From positions 124,001-188,000 of the IMG/VR virus record IMGVR_UViG_3300028829_003504: a DNA stretch of 64,000 bases; one strand, written 5' to 3'. Shown here piece by piece: positions 45,220 through 52,533 of the stretch. Position 1 is the first letter of the stretch; every line of letters starts with the position of its first letter. The translations under genes were made by a program, and so were the position numbers. Below the pieces are notes generated by a model that saw only the letters and a program-made list of their open reading frames with translations, did no database searches and was not told the DNA's origin.

Positions 45220-45453
45220 TTATTTTCCTTTGGGACAGTTTTCAATGGTTGCAGATTCTGGAAACTTAGAGGGATTGCCGTCAATGCCGCATGTATCACA
45301 GGTCATGACGTAACCTTTAGGTGTCAGTTTAGTTCTCTTAGCACATACTGTATTTACAGTTACATCAGGACTAAGGGTCTGCTTACGTGTAATTAGTCTA
45401 TGGAAAGAACGTTTTATTAAACTGGAACGTCTTGTACATCTACCGCATGCCAT
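45220..45453 (-). CDS. Small Cys-rich protein
   Basis: MACGRC...C...CDTC...CP; abuts neighbours; AGGAG RBS. Confidence 0.65.
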   Translation of the reverse strand: MACGRCTRRSSLIKRSFHRLITRKQTLSPDVTVNTVCAKRTKLTPKGYVMTCDTCGIDGNPSKFPESATIENCPKGK

Positions 45454-45454
45454 A

Positions 45455-46132
45455 TTAGGCTCCTTTACTTATAACAGCGTCAGCAGTGGCGATAAGATGT
45501 TTACAAAGACCAGGCGTCTCACCTGGGTTAGTAAAGTTAGGCTTATCACCGTTGCCATATATAATACGCGCCGCGCCGTACTTGGCGTTTGCATATTCCC
45601 ACATGTATGTATTATTCTCACAGTCACATGATACTAGGACTTTCTGATTCCTATCTGAAATCTTCAAGTCGTGAAGTCTACCTATGATAGTAACTTTATG
45701 ATCTCGCGGCGTAGCGTCAGGTCGCCATGTATCAAAATGCCTACATGTGGCTGTAACCGCAGGTAACCCTGACGCCGTCTTAGTACGCTTGAACTTTCTA
45801 ACTGTAGTCTCAGAGCCATTCTCCTTCATCAATCTAGGAGTATTACGGTACAGTTGCTTCAAAGTCAAACCTTTCTTAGAAAGAGATGTCTCGGGAAGCT
45901 GCTGCACCAGGTTCTGACCTTGCAAAGGCATTATACGAACCTGTCTTACTTTTTGCGCCCTAGTAGTTCTAGTGGCTGCTTTCTTCGGCTTTGCTTTTGC
46001 TGCCGTAGACTCAAGACCTTTATACTTAGTTTTACGTGTCGAGGTACGGGCTTTACTGGCGCGTTCAGCGTTACGCTTAGCTGGAGACTTGGTTTTCTTA
46101 ACAGAGGATTTAATTCCAGTGTATTTGGGCAT
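45455..46132 (-). CDS. SWIM-like Zn-finger protein with basic N-terminus
   Basis: VSCDCE...NP...GLCKHLIA. Confidence 0.7.
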   Translation of the reverse strand: MPKYTGIKSSVKKTKSPAKRNAERASKARTSTRKTKYKGLESTAAKAKPKKAATRTTRAQKVRQVRIMPLQGQNLVQQLPETSLSKKGLTLKQLYRNTPRLMKENGSETTVRKFKRTKTASGLPAVTATCRHFDTWRPDATPRDHKVTIIGRLHDLKISDRNQKVLVSCDCENNTYMWEYANAKYGAARIIYGNGDKPNFTNPGETPGLCKHLIATADAVISKGA

Positions 46133-46167
46133 GACTATTCACCTTTTCAATATAGATTAAAAGTAAA

Positions 46168-46608
46168 TTACTTATCGTGAGTCATCCATTTCAACCCTTC
46201 TAGAGTATCGTGCAATTTAAACAATCGAGTCTTAGTGCCTTCTTTTGTTTCACCTACGATATAAAGATTAGCGCTGTAATTACTAGGTACCTTATCTTTA
46301 ATCTGTTTAAGGGAGGCATAAGATTTCTTACCTTTCTTCTTACCCTTATACAATGAGTAGGAAGAATACTTTTCGCCCAACCAGCTCTTAACAATCTCAA
46401 GCATTTCATCAGGATATTTGTACTGCATCTCCTCGTCATTCAAACGATAGAACATCGTGTTTGCACCGCCCTTACCGACTAGGTAAGTAACGCCAGCAAC
46501 AGTTGCTAAGAACTGCCACTGGAAAATCTTTCTTTCTTCGGGAGTCAATGAAGCTTCTTTAAGTAAAGCTCCTTTCACTTGGTCATGTAGTACTTTAAAT
46601 GGATTCAC
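46168..46608 (-). CDS. Hypothetical protein at the end of the modification operon
   Basis: 146 aa, GTG start. Confidence 0.65.
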   Translation of the reverse strand: MNPFKVLHDQVKGALLKEASLTPEERKIFQWQFLATVAGVTYLVGKGGANTMFYRLNDEEMQYKYPDEMLEIVKSWLGEKYSSYSLYKGKKKGKKSYASLKQIKDKVPSNYSANLYIVGETKEGTKTRLFKLHDTLEGLKWMTHDK

Positions 46609-46622
46609 GTTACCGCCTGTAG

Positions 46623-47510
46623 TTACAATAGTTCTTTTGGTATTTTACCTAACCGAACATCGTTATATATCGCAACTACTGATTTAGAGTTTCGTATATT
46701 CCAGTCAGAGCTAAGTAGTTTATCGCTAAAGTTGTCTGCGATGTTAGTATCACCTAATTGAAAGTTCTGGTGAGGCTTAACTATACATTTTTTCAAGTCA
46801 TCGGCAAAGGCTTCACGTAACTGGCGTTTCTGAGGCTTGTGCATCTCCTCGTAAGTCCCGACCGATAACATTTCTGCCCACACACGGCAAGTAGTGAAAG
46901 GTATGTGGAAGATTTTATCTTTCTTGTAAGCCAAGTTCTGGAAGAAAGTATTTTGAATCTTTACGTCACCGCGAAAGTTAGATTGCCAGTACTTCTTAAC
47001 AATATCTTTGGCGTGCATACTAGGTTTCTTAGCAGTGGCGAAGTAGATATCTGAATCAAAGCCAACTACAATATGCTTTGCTGGGCAGTTACGTACTGCT
47101 TGCATCATAGGCCAGATACATTCAATTGAACTTTTCTTAATAAGACCTAACTTACCGACAGCATGTTTAACCCAACTCTTTAGGTGTTTCTCGGAAGAGT
47201 TTAAAATAACTGGATTAAACTCCAAGCCGTAAACTTCTGAGGCATGTTTAGCTGCTTTGAAGTCGGTACTTTCATGTGTGTCTAAAGTAAACGAAGTGAT
47301 TAATGGGCGGTGTCCTAGAGCTAGCATGGCCCATAGTACCGCGTGGCTATCCATACCGCTAGACATAAATACGGAAGTACTTTGTGTAGTAGGTATAGGC
47401 CGCAGGGCACTCATTAATGCCATCTTCATGTCAGCAGGGCGAGAGCAGTTGTCCTCAAGCTCTTGTCTAAACTTCTCTCGCATCTTTTTTGTGCTTTCTG
47501 ATATAGCCAC
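46623..47510 (-). CDS. Asparagine-synthetase-like ATP-dependent amide ligase (synthetase domain only)
   Basis: PP-loop VFMSSGMDS, STDFKAA, VGFDSDIYF (cf. GEGADELF), IPF, K..LREAF, FQLG; no Ntn glutaminase domain. Confidence 0.8.
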   Translation of the reverse strand: MAISESTKKMREKFRQELEDNCSRPADMKMALMSALRPIPTTQSTSVFMSSGMDSHAVLWAMLALGHRPLITSFTLDTHESTDFKAAKHASEVYGLEFNPVILNSSEKHLKSWVKHAVGKLGLIKKSSIECIWPMMQAVRNCPAKHIVVGFDSDIYFATAKKPSMHAKDIVKKYWQSNFRGDVKIQNTFFQNLAYKKDKIFHIPFTTCRVWAEMLSVGTYEEMHKPQKRQLREAFADDLKKCIVKPHQNFQLGDTNIADNFSDKLLSSDWNIRNSKSVVAIYNDVRLGKIPKELL

Positions 47511-47520
47511 GCACAGTCTC

Positions 47521-48534
47521 CTATTTTACGTTAAAGAACTCGTCTGCTTTGACAAACGCCGTAAGCAACTCAGGTTCGCGTGTAGGATCGAATACAGGTA
47601 CGCTGTATTGCGCTTTCAGCTTATCACGTAAGGCAGCGTATACTTCGAAGCTTACTTCACGGCTAAATAAAGAGATTGCACCTAGACGTACATTAGGATT
47701 AGAAAAACGAGCAACCTGTAAGTTGAATCGAATTGTCTCATCTAAATCAATAGGCGTAGTAGTATCATTAATAATAGTACGGCTAGGATCGTGGCAGGCG
47801 ATCATCATATCAGGCTGTGAGCCTTGAATGATCGCATAAGTAGAACCGCCGAAACTAGGATGCAATATAGAGCCTTGACCTTCAACAACGTCAATGTGAT
47901 TATGGGGTGCAGAAGGTGTCTCTTGCTCAAGTGCCCCTACAATGAAATCAGCAGGTATCGTGTCGTTGGTAATGCCTGCACCGCTGATCAAGTAGCCTGT
48001 CTGGCCAGTTGCAACGAAACGACTGGAGTAACTTTGATTTAGCAATTCTTTCCATACTGATAAGGCTGTGAACTTCTTGCCTGATGCACAATCTGTACCG
48101 AAGGTAAGAATACGATAACCTGAACGTTCCTCGCCCGTACCTTTAATCCAATCGATAGGTTTATGTCGGAAATCGTATACTTCTATTCCGTTTAAGTCAC
48201 CAAACTCAGCAAGCAACACAGGCTCAAGTTTAGCATGAGAGCCTGATGCTATATTTAAGCCCAGGTCAATTGCTTCTTTACATACGCTAAGTACTCTAGA
48301 ATTGAAGTTACTTACTTCTCGAGGACTGAATCCGAGTAATAATGTTTTAGCGCCTGCTTCTTTAGCTTGCGCTAAACTCATATCAGGAAGACCTAGGTCG
48401 TAGGCTTCTTCGCTATCACGGTGTTGAGCCAGACATCGCTCAGGGGCCCAATCGACAATACCACATGCTGTCTTTACTTTACGGAATATAGTTTCGGAGC
48501 CTACATATATAATAAATGGATGTTGAATATTCAT
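47521..48534 (-). CDS. DUF1611 / DgcN-like P-loop protein (N-acetyltransferase family)
   Basis: Start MNIQHPF; KTACGIVDW.PE, DLGLPDMS, GAKTLLLG, GTDCASGKKFTAL, FVATGQTG, DFIVGA, VVEGQGSILHPSF, GSQPD...CH. Confidence 0.88.
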   Translation of the reverse strand: MNIQHPFIIYVGSETIFRKVKTACGIVDWAPERCLAQHRDSEEAYDLGLPDMSLAQAKEAGAKTLLLGFSPREVSNFNSRVLSVCKEAIDLGLNIASGSHAKLEPVLLAEFGDLNGIEVYDFRHKPIDWIKGTGEERSGYRILTFGTDCASGKKFTALSVWKELLNQSYSSRFVATGQTGYLISGAGITNDTIPADFIVGALEQETPSAPHNHIDVVEGQGSILHPSFGGSTYAIIQGSQPDMMIACHDPSRTIINDTTTPIDLDETIRFNLQVARFSNPNVRLGAISLFSREVSFEVYAALRDKLKAQYSVPVFDPTREPELLTAFVKADEFFNVK

Positions 48535-48548
48535 TTGTTTACCTTGTG

Positions 48549-49325
48549 TTATTTGATGCAGACCCAGCCTGCGAAGTTTAAATGACGATAGAAGCAATCG
48601 ATGTTCTTAAAGCCCGCAAGCGTTAACATTTCCTCATTGGCTCTAGCGGTTTGCGGAACAAGAACGCCTTCGAGTGAGGCTTTCTTGCGATCAATATCTT
48701 CGTAAGAATAACCATTACTGTGTTTCATTTTATGATACTCACCGACAAATAATTTGTTCAATCTACTACCACTACCTAGAATCTTCTCCACAAAGATAAA
48801 GGCTCCGCCGACAGGTAAGGCATCATAGATATTCTGAATGATTTCAAGTCGGTACTCTATAGGAGTAAACTGGATAGTTAGTATAGAAAGAATCAAACCA
48901 TGCTTCTCAGGCCAACCTATAGTTTGAGGACACTGAAAAATATGAGGCTGCCTCAAATCATCTCGATACACTTCAACGTTTCGGTTCTCAATGAAACGAT
49001 CGTCAAGCTCGGTCAGCATAGGCTCAGATATCTCAATAGCATAGCAGCCTATAGTAGGGTCTTTAGTGAACGGGGCGAGTGCTTCACCTCGACTAGCTCC
49101 TAGATCAAGGACAGTACGTAGACCGAAGTTTGAGCGGTTTTGCTCTGCTCTAGGTAAAGCATTCAATACGTCCATACCTAACTGGTAAGTCAGACTACGC
49201 ATCATGTCGTAGCTAGGTATACTACGTGATAGCATGTTATCAAAAGATTGTGCAACATCCTGGTTAAACTCCCACTTGTCGCCTGGGACGTGCGTATCTT
49301 CTCGGACTTTGGGTTCGTCTTTCAC
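48549..49325 (-). CDS. cmoA: CmoA-like carboxy-S-adenosylmethionine synthase
   Basis: WEFNQDVAQSFDNMLSRSIPSY (cf. FPDMIQRSVPGY), DLGASRG, TIQF, FVEK, K.SNGYS..DI.RKK.SLEGV, LNFAG. Confidence 0.88.
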   Translation of the reverse strand: MKDEPKVREDTHVPGDKWEFNQDVAQSFDNMLSRSIPSYDMMRSLTYQLGMDVLNALPRAEQNRSNFGLRTVLDLGASRGEALAPFTKDPTIGCYAIEISEPMLTELDDRFIENRNVEVYRDDLRQPHIFQCPQTIGWPEKHGLILSILTIQFTPIEYRLEIIQNIYDALPVGGAFIFVEKILGSGSRLNKLFVGEYHKMKHSNGYSYEDIDRKKASLEGVLVPQTARANEEMLTLAGFKNIDCFYRHLNFAGWVCIK

Positions 49326-49438
49326 CGATAGTCTCCTTATGTTTCTGTTGTAGGGTTTCGACGGTTTGAATAAAGTACATATATCTTACCGTATATAGAC
49401 GGTGATATTTAAGTCTTTACAGTAATCTATTGACCTAA

Positions 49439-49804
49439 TTACCAGCTATCTTTATAGGGGTTTTCCGTTTCAGTCAGGTCATACTTAGATAGAGGGACTT
49501 CATCGGATAGGTAGGTAATAGGGTCTCTTAAAATACATAATACACTTCGAGTAACGTAATCTGACACAGGTGTGGCTGCTTGAAGTATGTACCCTCCTGA
49601 GTCAATCTGTGCGCCTGTATAGGTCGAGTAGTTAATACTGTTTTTAAGTCGCTCAACATCTAGTGCGAACTCAGGATCAGTAACGGTATCCCGTTTGTGG
49701 TCAAAAGCCATGTGCGTACCAAGCTCAATCAAACGTAAACCTAATATCTTAGATCGCTCTCTGCTATAGAAAGGTAGAATTAGATTCTTGAATAGTTTAA
49801 GCAA
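49439..49804 (-). CDS. Hypothetical protein
   Basis: 121 aa, TTG start uncertain. Confidence 0.55.
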   Translation of the reverse strand: MLKLFKNLILPFYSRERSKILGLRLIELGTHMAFDHKRDTVTDPEFALDVERLKNSINYSTYTGAQIDSGGYILQAATPVSDYVTRSVLCILRDPITYLSDEVPLSKYDLTETENPYKDSW

Positions 49805-49937
49805 GGCAGAACAGTCCGATACAAAAGCCTGTAAGAAAAGCCACTGATAATCCAGCTGTCATGTAGATGTTGAATCTATCAATGATTTTCTTACGAGGCC
49901 ATGTGCTTTTGAATAAGTAGATCTTATTAAAGAGCAT
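49797..49937 (-). CDS. 46-aa membrane peptide
   Basis: ATG directly after the transferase stop; MLFNKIYLFKSTWPRKKIIDRFNIYMTAGLSVAFLTGFCIGLFCLA. Confidence 0.5.
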   Translation of the reverse strand: MLFNKIYLFKSTWPRKKIIDRFNIYMTAGLSVAFLTGFCIGLFCLA

Positions 49938-51002
49938 CTATATACCCTTACCGCTTACGGGGCCTTTAGTATAGTCTAAACCACAGCCATCGGCAATAAC
50001 CTTAAGCAGATTGTTGACAATCTCTTTAGTTATACAGTACATCATTTGCGGAGGTACGGAACGACCAAGACGCTCCCATTGCTGCTCATACGTACCTATT
50101 AACTTGAAGTCTTCCGGGAAACCGCACACTACCTTCAATTCTTCGATCGTGTACTTACGCTGTACGCCCTCAAACGTCTCGATAAACCCACCAGAACTAA
50201 ACTGAGCCGTAGGTGAAGTAGCACCGTCACTAGCCGTAATGGTAGGATGAGGAACTTGCGCAGTAGCCCAGTTAAGGGTTCCTCCGGCTTCTTTAGATCT
50301 AAGCATAGCGATGTGCGGCAGTTTCTCCTGCACAGTAACCTGTCTGTGTGCAGGTTTAGGGAACACAGGCTTCAAGTCGTACTTCTTAGCAAGGTCTTTT
50401 CTGATGCCGACGTAGATTATACGTTCACGCCCTTGAGGAACACCTAACCAAGAACCGTTTATCTTTGCAGCACGTACAACGTAACCGCATTCAGCAAGCT
50501 TACCAGTTATTTCTTTGAAGTAACCTTTAGCATCACCTTTAATAAGGCCAGTAACGTTTTCTGCTACGAACACCCAAGGCTTTAAACCTTTTAACTCACG
50601 GCAGAATTCAAAGAACAAATCGTCTACACGTTGCTTAACGCCTTCTGAGTAATCCTTTGCTTCGCCCCATCCATCTTCACGAGTACCTGCTGTAGAGAAC
50701 GCACTGCATGGTGGGCTTCCGTCAAGAAAAGGTAAGTGTCCTTTCTTTATTCCTAAAAGCTTCAATACGTCGGAAGGTTTAACCTTTCGGATGTCTGAAC
50801 CATCGCAGAAGCTTTTAACGTGGTTGGCTTCATACGTTTCACGCGCAACGGGAATAAATTCGTTAGCGTATTTTATATCAATACCCGCCATTTTGTGCCC
50901 TGTACAAGAACCACCACAACCTGAGAAGAAACTTGCTCCTAAGAACAATTTCTTCTTCTTGTTTATCTGCTTCATTGTAGGAATCGTAGGAGGAAGTTTC
51001 AT
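49938..51002 (-). CDS. DNA cytosine-C5 transferase, predicted carboxymethyltransferase
   Basis: Motif I FFSGCGG, IV GSPPCSAFS, VI AENV, VIII VPQGRERI, X QQWERLGRSVPP (Asn replaced by Arg). Start placed at MKLPP. Confidence 0.9.
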   Translation of the reverse strand: MKLPPTIPTMKQINKKKKLFLGASFFSGCGGSCTGHKMAGIDIKYANEFIPVARETYEANHVKSFCDGSDIRKVKPSDVLKLLGIKKGHLPFLDGSPPCSAFSTAGTREDGWGEAKDYSEGVKQRVDDLFFEFCRELKGLKPWVFVAENVTGLIKGDAKGYFKEITGKLAECGYVVRAAKINGSWLGVPQGRERIIYVGIRKDLAKKYDLKPVFPKPAHRQVTVQEKLPHIAMLRSKEAGGTLNWATAQVPHPTITASDGATSPTAQFSSGGFIETFEGVQRKYTIEELKVVCGFPEDFKLIGTYEQQWERLGRSVPPQMMYCITKEIVNNLLKVIADGCGLDYTKGPVSGKGI

Positions 51003-51115
51003 ATAACCCAACCTAGTTTCGTTTGAATTTGAATAAGAGTATAGTTAAATATAATAGATGCCTGTTCCATAAGAGTAAGCATCAATATAATCTCTTGTAT
51101 ACATATATGCGGCAT
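50999..51115 (-). CDS. 38-aa peptide coupled to the transferase start
   Basis: AGGA RBS; TGA overlaps the next ATG (ATGA). Confidence 0.35.
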   Translation of the reverse strand: MPHICIQEIILMLTLMEQASIIFNYTLIQIQTKLGWVI

Positions 51116-51132
51116 AATATGTCCTATTAGAA

Positions 51133-52023
51133 TTATTTACCTGCGAAGCGGTACTTACATCGAGGACAACACTGATCAAGTTCATCATCAAATGTATCCT
51201 CACCGTATTCCTCAAATGAGGCAGGACCTTTACCTTTTGACTTAGAATCAGTAGACTCGTCACTGGAACCTAGTGAAGGTAACTCGGGAAGTGTTTTAAT
51301 TTTAAGGGCGTCAAGCCCCATAGTATCGATATCAAACCCTCCGTCGCGTATTTCAAGTTCTTCCACCATGAAAGCAAGTTTACTATTGTCGAACTCACCA
51401 CCATGTGCGTTAGCTGCAATGTTTGCGGCGAATTCTACTTTCTTATCGGACCAGTCTACTACGCGGAATGGAATACGGTAGTTTCGATTATCTCCTAGAA
51501 TAACAGTCATGAATCCTTCTTCGATAGTACCGTGCTGGCAATCTTTAATAGGATTAGTTATGATTTTAGTCTCATAACCTTTCTTCCTGATACTAGAAGT
51601 ACGTTGATGTCCAGATACTAAGTGGCCTGAACGTCGGTTAAAAACGATACCTGACAGGTCACCGAATTCTTCGTATGACTTACCTAAGTTATCTAATCTA
51701 CGTGCAGTAATGAAACGTGGGTTATAGCTCGCACCTCTTAAGTCAGTTAGGCCCCAATCTCCTTTACGTTTAGAAGTCTTCTTATTCTCCCGAACCTTCT
51801 TAACTTTAAATTTCTTTGTGGCTACTTTTGATATACCTGATATCTCAAGTGAACCAGAAGCAGAAGTGGACCCAGACTTAGGTTTAACTATTTTATCCAG
51901 TTTCCCTGATTTCTTGGCCTTTTTAGTCTTTTTAGCTACTTTAGACTCAGAGGTAGCCTTAGATTTCTTTGTTAATTTCGCAGCTTTCCCTCTAACAGCT
52001 ACTTTCGTTTCTTTCTTTGCCAT
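51133..52023 (-). CDS. ParB/Srx N-terminal-domain protein with Lys-rich N-terminus and C-terminal Zn ribbon
   Basis: YNPRFI...LGKS.EEFG...IVFN....LVSGHQR...NIAAN..GGEFD; CPRCKYRF. Confidence 0.85.
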   Translation of the reverse strand: MAKKETKVAVRGKAAKLTKKSKATSESKVAKKTKKAKKSGKLDKIVKPKSGSTSASGSLEISGISKVATKKFKVKKVRENKKTSKRKGDWGLTDLRGASYNPRFITARRLDNLGKSYEEFGDLSGIVFNRRSGHLVSGHQRTSSIRKKGYETKIITNPIKDCQHGTIEEGFMTVILGDNRNYRIPFRVVDWSDKKVEFAANIAANAHGGEFDNSKLAFMVEELEIRDGGFDIDTMGLDALKIKTLPELPSLGSSDESTDSKSKGKGPASFEEYGEDTFDDELDQCCPRCKYRFAGK

Positions 52024-52119
52024 TTTTTCGCACCTTAAACAAGAATACCCAATAATCTTAATTGACTATTGGGTATTCTTTACAGTTTTGTGTTTAGTAG
52101 TAGTAGTATATCCACTACA

Positions 52120-52533
52120 CTAAAGTTCGTCGTCCGTATCATCAAAATCTTCGTCGTCATCTTCACCAGAATCTTCGTCGTCATCTTCACCAGAATCTTC
52201 GTCGTCATCACCGAAGTCCGCAGAACCATCACTATCTTCACCGGTCTTAGTATCATCGTCTACTAAGGAGTCAGGATCAGATCCACCTGCTTTCTTATCT
52301 TTCTTTTTCTTATCATCTTCTTCACCTAGCTCTTTTATTAACTCTTCGTTACGTTCAGCCATGCGCTTCTTGGCCATTTTCTTTTCATGCTCAATAAGAT
52401 CCTTATCGTCTAAGGTAGACGGATTGTTAATCCCAGGAACATTAGGTCTATAAGGCTGCTTACTAAAGGCTTTTAGCATAAACTTATCAGTAACTAAGCA
52501 GTCGGATTTTAGAAACAAAAGCACAGGGCGCAT
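52120..52533 (-). CDS. Hypothetical protein with acidic repeat tail
   Basis: 27-nt EDSGEDDD repeats at about 52146-52213. Confidence 0.7.
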   Translation of the reverse strand: MRPVLLFLKSDCLVTDKFMLKAFSKQPYRPNVPGINNPSTLDDKDLIEHEKKMAKKRMAERNEELIKELGEEDDKKKKDKKAGGSDPDSLVDDDTKTGEDSDGSADFGDDDEDSGEDDDEDSGEDDDEDFDDTDDEL

